DNA from: Octopus bimaculoides
Taxonomy: Eukaryota
Assembly (NCBI RefSeq): GCF_001194135.2
Contig: NC_068986.1
Location: 73,462,086 to 73,501,266 of the forward strand
Direction of reading: 5' to 3'
Length of the DNA: 39,181 nucleotides
The notes below the pieces were generated by a model, which made no database searches, had not been told where the DNA came from, and saw only the letters and a program-made list of their open reading frames with translations. The position numbers were made by a program, and so were the translations under genes. Each line of letters starts with the position of its first letter. Positions within the stretch are counted from its first letter, which is position 1. Below, one piece after another: positions 23,834 through 34,713 of the stretch.

Positions 23834-24392
23834 TCGTTTGTCCCCTCCCCCACTGCTTGATGACTGGCACTGGTGTGTTAACCTAATGGTTTAGCAAAAG
23901 AGACTGATAGAATAAGTACCAGACTTAAAAAAGAAAAAAGTAATGGGATCGATTCATTCAGCTAAAAAATTCTTCAAGGCAGTGCCCCAGCATGGCTGCA
24001 GTCTAATGACTGAAACAAGTAAAAGAAAAAAGAGAGTGGCTGTGTGGTAAGTAGCTTGCTTACCAACCACATGATTCCGGGTCTAGTTCTACTATGTGGC
24101 ACCTTGGGCAAATGTCTTCTAATATAGCCTTGGGCCGACCAAAGCCTTGTGAGTGGATTTGGCAGATGGAAACTGAAAGAAGCCCATCGTATATGTGTAT
24201 ATGTTTGTCTGTGTTTGTCCCCCCACCATCGCTTGACAACCGATGTTGGTGTGCTTACATCCCCATAACTTAGTGGTTTGGCAAAAGAGACCGATAGAAT
24301 AAGGTCTAGGCTTACAAAGAATAAGTCCTGGGGGCGATTTGTTCAACTAAATGTGGTGCTCCAGCATGGCCACAGTAAAATGACTGAAACAT
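23825..24392 (+). mobile_element. Two tandem SINE B copies: 3' half (about 23825-24033) followed by a near full-length copy (about 24034-24392)
   Basis: Tail aaaagaaaaaagag joins directly to the head agtggctgtgtggtaagtagc. Confidence 0.85.
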
Positions 24393-25081
24393 CAACTCCA
24401 GTGTTTCGCTGGTAATAATAATAATAATAAAATGGATTACATTCATTCTCTGCCCTGTATCTTGTAGAAAGAATTAAGTTAGGAACTGCTAAAGAAATAT
24501 TTGTCACAGCACTGCCATTGTTTGGTGCAGTGAACTGTGACCATGTATCTATAAATAGTCACCATGAGAAGCAGGAAATAACAGAAGTGAAGTCAAAGAG
24601 ACAGACCAACACTGAATACAAAATATAAACCGTTTTCAGCTGGTTGGCCGACATCCTAACCATTTAATTATGTACAACCAACATAATTAAGTTTCCTGTG
24701 TGTCTGGTACAAGATTTACTCTCATTTGTTAACTAAAGTCATTTCACTTCATTTATGTCAGTAATTGTCTTGGAAGAAGCATTATTGCCACAACTTTATG
24801 TTTAGCTTTGCTAAAAATGCATCAGGTTTTATGCATATCTGAGAAACGATTATTAAAATATTTTTTGTTCTTCTAAATGTCTACTACAGATAAATGAAAT
24901 TGTCATTTGCCAAAGTATGTCTGTTTCTATTCCTATAAACTTATTTGGAAATTCTCTTTATTTCCATCGAAATACTAACCAACTCATACCTTTAAGACTT
25001 TTCCTATGGTTAAACTTGTAACGTAATATGGCATTTGGCTCTGTCTTTCTTTATAGGGCCCACTGTTGTAAAGAAAATGTG

Positions 25082-25266
25082 TTAACTCTTTAGTATTCAG
25101 ATTACCTCGTCAAATGTAATCCTTATTTATTCAAGATTTTGACATTATTATTTATCTTAGAAACATATTGTAGGGTATGTGTGAGAGGCTGGATCTAGCT
25201 AGTTTGAACATAAAACAGACAAAATATTTGGGTTAGATATGGCTGGTTTAAATGCTAACAGGTTAA
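25082..25266 (+). mobile_element. piggyBac-type MITE family E
   Basis: ttaa-ctctttagtatt ... aatgctaacagg-ttaa. Confidence 0.8.
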
Positions 25267-26540
25267 AGCAATATATGTTAGAAGTTCTGATGAATTGGTT
25301 AATTCTTCCATTAGCCTGTTCACATACAGAGACTGAAATATTGCTAATTTCTCTCTCTCTGTATATAATTTATATATTTTCAGTCACAGAAGTCAACAAT
25401 GACATATTAGTTCTTAATTTATAGAATATATCAGTAAATATGTTGATTTAAAAAAAAAATTGTTTGTAAAATATTGTGGGGAAGCACTTTAGTAACTGTT
25501 TTATGGTGCATTTCAATGTTATAATATTAGTATATCTACAAAGAGCTTCTGTTTGAGGTAGTGACAGTGGTAGCAGATCATTGTTTCATGGTGGGAGGTG
25601 ATGGTATATAGTAGAAATGGAGCGTAAAATAATAATTCAGAAATTTATGTGCATCTCTCACATCTTAATTCCCAGATGGATCAATAAAGTGAAATATAAT
25701 TAAAATTGGGGATTGAATTGGTTCTACTTATTCATTAGTTCCAAGCTAATTGGCTGAAGTATGTCCCCTCTAACTCCCCTTCTCTACACACATTCTCATA
25801 TAATTTAAAATGGGAACATCTTTTCAAGTTTATTTCATTAAAAATATGACCGTTCTATTTTACAGTATTAATTTTTTAAAAATCTTTTTGTGTGTCCATG
25901 CTAGTTTCTTTATTAGTGTAGTTTTATTGTATCTATACATATTCCCTAAACCCAATTCATTGATGTTCCAAGGCTAAAGGATTCTATAATAAGGATTTTT
26001 GGCTACAGAACAACAGATATTCTGTGTTCTTTGTATCTAAATGGTTTCTAGTCTTTGTGTGTTTGAGTTATTGTAAACAATGTGGTAATTGGAAGAATGG
26101 ATTTAATAGAAACATTCAATGTTTCCTGGTAGTTTTGTTTTGTGTGTGTTGAGGGTTGGGGTATGTTGGAAAATTAGTGCCAAGAACATTGCTAACCATC
26201 ATATTTTATGTGAAATCTGACATGAACAGTCATAATACATTTTGAACATATTACCTGTTGACAGTTGGCTTATATTTAATCATTTCCAGAAAAATAATCT
26301 ATCACAAAGAATTTATTATATATTTGAACAAACTCAGTTCTATGATCCTCAGATCACCTGGCTTTTGAAAATTTGTACCATGCTCACTTGAATAAATCGG
26401 TATAATCTTCATGGTCAAGTATGTACAGTATTTGCCAGTGTCTGAAATGCACATTCACATTAGACACATCCCTATTTTACAAGTATGTTTTATGGGAAAA
26501 ACAAAATTTAGTGTTCCATCATACATTTACTGAAAAATAT

Positions 26541-26761
26541 TTAATATTCAAACTGGCCATTATAAAACCCAAATATTCCACCCATTTTATGTTCAAACAT
26601 ACCAGATCAGGTCTCTCACACCTACTTACAATGTCATTTTAAAAATAAACAATCATATCATCGAAAACTCAAAGCTACAAGATAAATTCTGATGTTTTAC
26701 AAAACAGTGTGAATAAATAAGCATTACATTTGACAGAGTAATCTGAATGCCAAAGGCTTAA
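26541..26761 (-). mobile_element. piggyBac-type MITE family E, diverged
   Basis: tttatgttcaaac...taatctgaatgccaaaggc-ttaa is the reverse complement of family E. Confidence 0.65.
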
Positions 26762-26985
26762 AGTAGTTTTGTAGGGGGAAATGCTTGATTCTGTGCTTGT
26801 TAATACAATGCTGTGACAAAATGTTAGAGTAAAATATGAAACCATAAATTTATCAAGTTTAAACTACAGTGTATGATTACTATATTTCAACTTTATATTT
26901 TTCATATCAACTGTATAGGTCTCTCTCTCTCTCTCTCCACTCTTACACGGCTCATCCCATTTTCTGATCAATATATCTACAGGTT

Positions 26986-27178
26986 TAAAGCAGCGAGCTG
27001 GCAGAATCATTAGCACGCCGGGCGAAATGCTTAGCGGTAATTTGTCTGCCATTACGTTTTGAGTTCAAATTCCGCCGAGGTCAACTTTGCCTTTCATCCT
27101 TTCGGGGTTGATTAGATAAGTACCAGTTACGTTGTTTGTCTCCTCTATGTTTAGCCCCCTGTGGGCAATAAAGAAATA
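26986..27178 (+). mobile_element. SINE family A, young copy
   Basis: CpG-rich. Perfect 16-bp TSD aatatatctacaggtt at 26970-26985 and 27179-27194. Confidence 0.9.
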
Positions 27179-27194
27179 AATATATCTACAGGTT

Positions 27195-27641
27195 AAGGCA
27201 GTGAGTTGGCAGAACTGTTAGCACACTGGGCAAAATACTTAGCAACATTTTGTCCATTTTTACATCTTGAGTTCAAATTCTGCCACGGTTGACTTGGCCT
27301 TTCATCTTTTTGGGATCAATAAAATTTGTACTAGTTGAACTTTGGGGTCAATGTAAATGACTTAACCCTTTTCCTCTGACATTCTTTTCTACTCTAGGCA
27401 CAAAGCCCAAAATTTTGTAGGAGGGGGCCAGTCAATTAGATTGACCCTAGTACGCAACTGGTACTTAATTTATCAATCTTGAAAGGATGAAAGGCAAAGT
27501 CAACCTCAGCGGAATTTGAACTCAAACATAAAGACGGATGAAATACTGCAAAGCATTTCACCCAGCATGCTAACATTTCTGCCAGCTCACCGCATTCCTC
27601 TTTCTGCTAACATTGCTGACCTTGTGCCAAAATTTGAAATC
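27195..27641 (+). mobile_element. Older SINE family A copy, interrupted by a minus-strand family A copy (about 27385-27593)
   Basis: Head aaggcagtgagttggcagaa. Tail ttgtgccaaaatttgaaatc resumes at about 27622-27641, the same tail type as the 384-599 copy. Confidence 0.8.
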
Positions 27642-28044
27642 AATATATAACCACAGGTTTATTATATTACTGCTCTCCACCCTTTTTGGGTTATTTATTT
27701 TACCCCCCTACACTGATGTTTACAACTGATCACATCTCTACCCTTATACATCATTCACTGCATTCACATCTACCCTCATCTCTAACCATCTGTCACTCTC
27801 CTCACACACTCTCATGAACCTTTTCCCCCCACCCTTCCTGATCCTTGATTGTAATCTCTCTTATACTTACCTTCTTGTACCTTGATAGCATACTCTGGCA
27901 CCTCAACACCAATCATCTTCTTTTCAGCTACTGTCACCCACTCTTATGTATTACCTGAGTAGCCATGTATCTTTTCTATGCCACCTACCCTTCTTCTATG
28001 CCACCTACCAATCTGCTATGAAAGGGTTTTTTTAATTTTTCTTA

Positions 28045-28225
28045 GTTACAAAAAAGCACCCAATAGACTCAATGAAGTAATTAGCATTATGGAGGGCATC
28101 TAGCCATAGAAACTATTGCAAAGCAGACTTTGGAGTTCAACACAATCCTCTGTCTCATTGAATCTTGTCAAACCATCCAACCAATGTCAGCATGGAAAAT
28201 GGATGTTAAATGATGATGATGATTA
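28045..28225 (+). mobile_element. Family C retroposon 3' end
   Basis: gggcatctagccatagaaac...gcatggaaaatggatgttaaatgatgatgat. Confidence 0.65.
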
Positions 28226-28339
28226 TATGTGAGTGTTTTATATAGTCTACTGTATGTGGAAAGAGATGATATGTGCACCCAAGCACACATATATATATGT
28301 GCATGTGTGTGTGTGTGTGTATGTGTGTCTCTCTCTTTC

Positions 28340-28378
<39 letters not shown>

Positions 28379-28524
28379 CATAAATATACAGGGATTAGCA
28401 TGTACATTTATGATTATAAATGGTTTTACCGATAAAGGTTTTTTTCATACTGAACTACTTGGCAAAATTGTTAATTATTGATTTTATTACTAATTGACGA
28501 TTCCCTGCCCTATATCTGTATATT

Positions 28525-28555
<31 letters not shown>

Positions 28556-29219
28556 GACAGACACACACACACACACATGCACATTTCAGAATGTGTGTGT
28601 ATATAGAAATTGTATACATGTGTGTAAATAGATATGTGCTTGTTCCCGCTAATTATTAGATATATATATTTCTGAAATTTTCAAACTACAAAAATATACT
28701 AGAGCAAAATTAAATGAGTTTTTGAAATTGAAGAGAATTTTTCCATCTGTTGGAGTTTACTGGTTTCTGTTGATGTTTAAAAACAGGTATTAAAGCTCCA
28801 GGATATTTTCACTGAGTTATGTTTTTGTAATGAAAGTGTTTTTAGAGAAAAATATATGGAAATTGGTAGCCGTAGCTGCATAAACATTATTACTGGAATA
28901 CCTTTCACATAGACACATACTTGTACCATATACACACACATCAATACGTACGTGTTATCTGTCCCACCATCTTTCGCACTTTCTCTCTATCCCTCTTTCC
29001 CTCTTTCTCTCACATACATACATACATAAACATATATGTATGTATGTATACACACACACACACACATACACACACACATACACACATACACACACACAAT
29101 AATGTAAAGGTATTTCGAAGTATCTGAATATAGTACATAAATACACACTTTTGTATAGGTACATATTTATAAATCTTAAGGAAGGTATGTGACTTTACAC
29201 ACACACATATGTACATGTA

Positions 29220-29274
<55 letters not shown>

Positions 29275-29384
29275 TTTTTAAGATATGTGAATTCATACAC
29301 AACTACATGACTGTTACTATTTATTAATTCTACATCCTATTATAGCAAAAAGCCAATGACTTAATGTTGAGGTGATCAGAAGTT

Positions 29385-29590
29385 TGGAAGGATTAAAAGC
29401 AAAGTTGACCAGGCTGGTATTTCAACTTAAAGAACCATAATCAAATCCAACAAAACATTTTATTCAACTTTTTATTCTGCTATTCCATTACTCTAAACCT
29501 CTACCAATTCTGTTATTACACCAGCCTAACACACTACCAATTCTGCTATTTCACCACCTGAAAACTACCAATTCTGTCATCCCATTGCCC
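29385..29590 (-). mobile_element. Highly decayed SINE A with about 3 tandem ctaccaattctg units at its head
   Basis: gattaaaagcaaagttgacc followed by repeated ctaccaattctg. Confidence 0.45.
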
Positions 29591-30066
29591 TTCATACATA
29601 AATTTATATGACAAAATCATTTTGCAAGACAATGATGTCTAAAAGTTTTAGCAAAATTCAAAAGAAATTTTGAATTTTGGCAAAAAGCTATGAAGCTATC
29701 TTTATGGTATTTCTGTTGTGACTGCAACTATTATGTATAAGAACCATTTCTTGTTCTGATCCCATGTGATGAATTTCATATTAAGCGTACTTTTATCTAT
29801 TTTTGACATTACACAAACACAAATCATGTTATATTAACCAAGAGATAACTCCTGCATTTGTTGTATGTACCTGTCTGTTGTTGTTGCTGTTTGATCTTTG
29901 GTCAGCTTTGATACAGCAATCTTAAGATCAAAGGCATTTTAACTAGAGGCATTCCATTCCTATATCTATGTAATCCTAGATATACTATGTCTAAAGAAAA
30001 GATGGAATCACCTTACTTGGAATGACTGTTCTATCAGAACTGATGTAGGCCATGACGTGTGTGCAT

Positions 30067-30136
<70 letters not shown>

Positions 30137-30448
30137 NNNNNNNNNNNNNNNNNNNNNNNNNNNNNNNNNNNNNNNNNNNNNNNNNNNNNNNNNNNNNNNN
30201 NNNNNNNNNNNNNNNNNNNNNNNNNNNNNNNNNNNNNNNNNNNNNNNNNNNNNNNNNNNNNNNNNNNNNNNNNNNNNNNNNNNNNNNNNNNNNNNNNNNN
30301 NNNNNNNNNNNNNNNNNNNNNNNNNNNNNNNNNNNNNNNNNNNNNNNNNNNNNNNNNNNNNNNNNNNNNNNNNNNNNNNNNNNNNNNNNNNNNNNNNNNN
30401 NNNNNNNNNNNNNNNNNNNNNNNNNNNNNNNNNNNNNNNNNNNNNNNN

Positions 30449-30478
30449 CACAGAAACTGAAAGAAGCCTGTCATATAT

Positions 30479-30523
<45 letters not shown>

Positions 30524-30528
30524 TGCGA

Positions 30529-30581
<53 letters not shown>

Positions 30582-30770
30582 GAGGCACAAGCACTTACAC
30601 ATGCACACACACAGCAGTAACTTCTGCCTACCAGATTCAATTACAAGGCTGTGGTCAGCCAGAGGCTATAGCAGAAGACACTTGCTCAAGGTGCCATGTA
30701 GTGGGAATGAACCCGAAACCATGTACCTGGGAAGCAAGCTTCCTAACCACACAGCCATGCCTGTGCTTAT
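30449..30770. mobile_element. Two opposed SINE B 5' halves (+ at 30449-30480, - at about 30610-30770) joined through a (GT)(TA) microsatellite
   Basis: cagaaactgaaagaagcctg on +; gaagacacttgctcaaggtgcc...ccacacagcc on -. Confidence 0.7.
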
Positions 30771-31197
30771 ATATATATATATACTTGACTGAGGAGAGAA
30801 GGCCACGAATGGCCTGTCCTTGTTTTGTCCTGTCTGTCTTTTTGTTGTTTTCCCTGTCTGTCTTCATATCGTTTATCTGTCCGGAAGTTTTATTGTCATC
30901 TGTTGTATTCTTGTTCCATTTTTTCATTTATATATACATATAGCAGTGTATGTACACTTTTGCTTACCTTGTAAGTATATATCTAAATTCTGGACGACTA
31001 TTTTACTCCTTCTTTTAGTTTCCCTCATACTTTTTTCTTTCTTTCCTCTTTTTCTAGCGCCTCCTCTCTTACATTTCTTGGCCTTCTTTTACTTTAATCT
31101 ATCTAGTATTGATCGATTATCTCCCTTGTCCCTTCACTATGTCCCTTTGATTTTTTCTCTCTTTCTCATCCTCCCCCTACCTCTCCCCTTTTCTTCT

Positions 31198-31252
<55 letters not shown>

Positions 31253-31334
31253 CTATATACATGCATATATGAGTACAGGACGTCACCAACAGTGTAAATA
31301 ACATACACATTTTTTGCAGAGTAATTATATATTA

Positions 31335-31784
31335 AAACAAGAGATTGGAAAAACTTTTGGTATTATTCATCATTACATGTGTTTCATTTGTTAAAACGAG
31401 TTACAAAATTGTACATGTAAGACAAGTTCTCCTATTAGAAATTCTTCAGACAGAGAATCAAGTAATACAAAATTTACATTTGGATGAAGCTTTCATTTAT
31501 TGTCAGTAATCAGGAATCCTATAGGTAGTAGGAGAGGAGAATAAAGAACAAAACTAGTAATATAAAAAAGAGAGTGAGTTAGAAATGGATGCAATAAGCA
31601 AACACACATACACATTCAAGCTTATATATGTAAAGGCAAATTTTATATTATTTGATTCTCTGTCGGAAGAATTCCTAAGAGAAGATATCTTGCATGTTTC
31701 CCCCACAATTTTGTAACTCCTATTTGTAAATGAAACATGTTTAATGGTGAATAAATAACACCAAAAGTTTTTTTCCAATTTCCT

Positions 31785-31788
<4 letters not shown>
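31335..31788. mobile_element. Old TA-flanked fold-back element (arms 31335-31492 / 31618-31788)
   Basis: Arms roughly 75-80% identical by eye. Both end internally at an aagctt palindrome. Confidence 0.75.
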
Positions 31789-31822
<34 letters not shown>

Positions 31823-31879
31823 ATAGGAAGGACAACAAAAGAAAGAAAGAGACCTTGATATTATGTAAATAGAGGAATT

Positions 31880-32036
31880 TATCTGTAAAAATATGTGACA
31901 CTTATTCAGTAGCCATGATAAAACTCTGAGTTTCAGATGCCGGAGTGGGAACCCACGCCACCATCTCTTCAGTTATCCGGCCATTGAAAATTCCTTATCA
32001 TGGCTACCGAATAAGTGTCACATATTTTTACAGATA
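31880..32036. mobile_element. Young 157-bp hairpin element with 42-bp inverted arms and a central hammerhead motif
   Basis: tatctgtaaaaatatgtgacacttattcagtagccatgataa at 31880-31921 versus its reverse complement at 31995-32036 (41/42). Confidence 0.9.
31917..31977 (-). ncRNA. Candidate type I hammerhead ribozyme
   Basis: Minus strand reads gataa-CUGAAGA-gatg[gtggcgtgggttcccactccgg]catc-u-GAAA-ctcagag-UU-ttatc. 5-bp stem I, long stem II, short near-palindromic stem III. One extra U precedes GAAA. Confidence 0.55.
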
Positions 32037-32494
32037 TATATATATATATATATCCCCTCTACCATCTTATGTTATTTCTACTCACACACTCTTGCTCCCT
32101 TGACCTACTTATCATGGTCATCCTGTCATAACTCTTCTTCACCTCACTATTTTGGTTACATTGCATTGAACAAGATCCGTTGAACCTTGTGTTGTGTGAC
32201 CAATTGAGGCACTTGGTGTTGAATCGATGTATTTTTCTGCTTTTTCTTTCCTTTTCCTTTTTTTTTCTTTCTTTTTCTTTCCTTGTTCGTCTTTTTCCAT
32301 TTTTTCTTCTGGTTTTGGATTCATATTTTTAATGTGGTTTTATATTATATATATGTATCATATACATATGCGTTATTTTGATCTATTTTAAAGAATTATA
32401 GTACTAAATATTTGAAACATAAATCTAAAACAATAAAACTTCTTAACCATTATAGAGTAGTGAGGTCTTTTAATTTTATGGGTTTGAACATGAC

Positions 32495-32845
32495 CACACA
32501 TGTGCTGGTACCATGATGAAATGCACCCAGTACATTCTGCAAAGTAGCTGGCAAACATAGAACAAAGAGGACTCTTTAGTCTTGTCTAGGACATGACAGC
32601 CTTACTAGTGCTGGTGTCATAATGAAATGCACCCGGTATAGTAGAGTATACTCTGTAAAAGGATTGGTCATAGAAGGGACATCTAGCCATTGGAAAACCA
32701 AGCCAAAAAATTAATTGTATGAGTGAAATGTGGTTCCCAAATTTGTCTAGGAGGACAATATGTCTGAATTAGAACAAAGCCACACTGGCATAAGCCAACC
32801 TGTTCTGATCAGCATGAAATCGTTTATAAAATGATGATGATGTTG
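32495..32845 (+). mobile_element. Family C retroposon, diverged
   Basis: gtgctggtaccatgatgaaatgcacccag repeats...agaagggacatctagcc...aaatgatgatgatg. Confidence 0.6.
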
Positions 32846-32869
32846 GTGATGATATGTGTGTGCCTACAC

Positions 32870-33335
32870 GGATTCTTTTATTCTTTTATTCCTTTACTTG
32901 TCTCAGTCATTTGACTGCGGCCATACTGGAGTACTATCTTAAAGAGTGTTTTAGTCAAAGAAATCGACCTCAGGACTTATTCTTTGTAAGCCTAGTACTT
33001 ACTCTATCAGTTTCTTTTGCCAAACTGCTAAGTTACAGGGACGTAAACACACCAACAATGGTTGTCAAGCAATGGTTGGGGGACAAACATAGACACAAAG
33101 ACACATGCACATAAATACACACAGACACACACATGTACACACGCACACACACTCACACACACACACACATGTACGATGAGCTTCGTTCAGTTTCCATCTA
33201 CCAAATTCACTCACAAGGCTTTGGTCAACCTGAGGCTATAATAGAAGACACTCGCCCAAGGTGCCATACAGTGGGACTGAACCCAGAACCATTTGGTTGG
33301 GAAGCGAGATTCTTACCACACAGCCAAGCCTGCAC
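32870..33335 (-). mobile_element. SINE family B, near full length
   Basis: cagtcatttgactgcggccatactggag...ccacacagcc with an internal (CA)n. Confidence 0.85.
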
Positions 33336-34069
33336 CTATGTGTATACCTGTTGTTAAACATGTAAACAATGGTTCAAGAAAACTGACAAAGCAGTACTTT
33401 TAAACAAGTCCCTCATAGTATTTTTTCTGCCCAAGTTACAAGACACTCCCTTGTCATTTTTACCCTAAGAAACGCCAAGAAACATTGGGAAGCCTGTCAC
33501 TAACAATACAACTGTTCACAAACTGCGATGTGTGTGTGTGTGTGTGTGTGCATGCATGTGTGTAAAGAGGGTGGAGGGGAGGTGAGCTTAAGGTAATTAA
33601 AATCTCATGCTTTATTGACAATGACGATAACATCTTTTATTGATATTTCTCAAATATTATTCTCTGTCTTAGACTTCTTCTCTGAAACATTAAGTATTTT
33701 TCCTTCTCATGCGATACCACACACGCATACACTCATATGCACACATACACTCATACACACACACTTACATACACATCACTTCAAGCTTTATAATGAATTG
33801 ATTCTTGCTGACAACGATAACCACTTGTCACTTCCAGTTCAGGTGATTTTTATCAGTTATTGATTTGAGATATATTTTGATATATATACTTCATGAGCTG
33901 GAATTCTTGATGAAGTACTAAATAAATGGTTATTTCAATATCATTTAGGGGTAAAATTTCACTGTCTTATTAAAATTAGAGTTGATTAGTTTTTGTGTAG
34001 TTGTGTAGCCCCATGTTAGACTTGATCAAGAAGACCTGTGATCAAAGGTATTTCACCCTCTGACATTAC

Positions 34070-34215
34070 TATGTGATTAAGAAGCTTGCTTCCCAACGAT
34101 GTAGTTTTGGGTTCTGTCTCACGGCATGGTTCCTTGGGTTAGTGTCTTTTTCTACAGCCTTGGGCCAATGAAAACTTTGTTAGTGAATTTAGTAGACAGA
34201 AGCTGAAAGAAGCTT
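34070..34215 (+). mobile_element. SINE family B, 5' half, diverged
   Basis: aagcttgcttcccaac...ttccttgggttagtgtc...gctgaaagaagc. Confidence 0.7.
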
Positions 34216-34237
34216 GTTTTATCTATCTATCTATCTA

Positions 34238-34309
<72 letters not shown>

Positions 34310-34311
<2 letters not shown>

Positions 34312-34713
34312 TACAGGAGTGGCTGTGTGGTAAGTAGCTTGTTTACCAACTATATAGTTCTGGGTTCAATCTCACTGCATGGCACCTTGGGCAAGTGTCT
34401 TCTACTATAACCTCGGGCCGACCAAAGCCTTGGGAGTGGATTTTGTAGACGGAAACTGAAAGAAGCCCATCGTATATATATATGTATATGTATATATATA
34501 TGTGTATGTGTGTCTGTGTTTGTCCCCCCAATATCGCTTAACAACCGGTGCTGGTGTGTTTAGGTTCCTGTAATTTAGCAGTTCGGCATAAGAGACCGAT
34601 AGAAAAAGTACTAGGCTAACAAAGAATAAGTCCTGGGGTCGATTTGCTCGACTAAAGGCGGTGCTCCAGCATGGCTGCAGTCAAATGACTGAAACAAGTA
34701 AAAGAGTAAAGAG
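34310..34713 (+). mobile_element. SINE family B, full length (CORE-like, tRNA head)
   Basis: Complete head, CORE-like ggcaccttgggcaagtg, internal TA/TG microsatellite and aaagag tail, inserted in (TA)n. Confidence 0.9.

Noticed and set aside
30786-30825. CUGAGGA...CGAA-tggcctgtc hammerhead-like string
   Set aside because: Lacks A15.1, stem II and a pairing stem I.
32139-32324. Lys-rich 61-aa ORF
   Set aside because: Antisense of a poly-T/C tract.
33885-33925. ttcatga...gaa-gtac-ta, resembling the 22742 motif
   Set aside because: Two core mismatches, a missing A and no stem I; at best an unrecognisable remnant.
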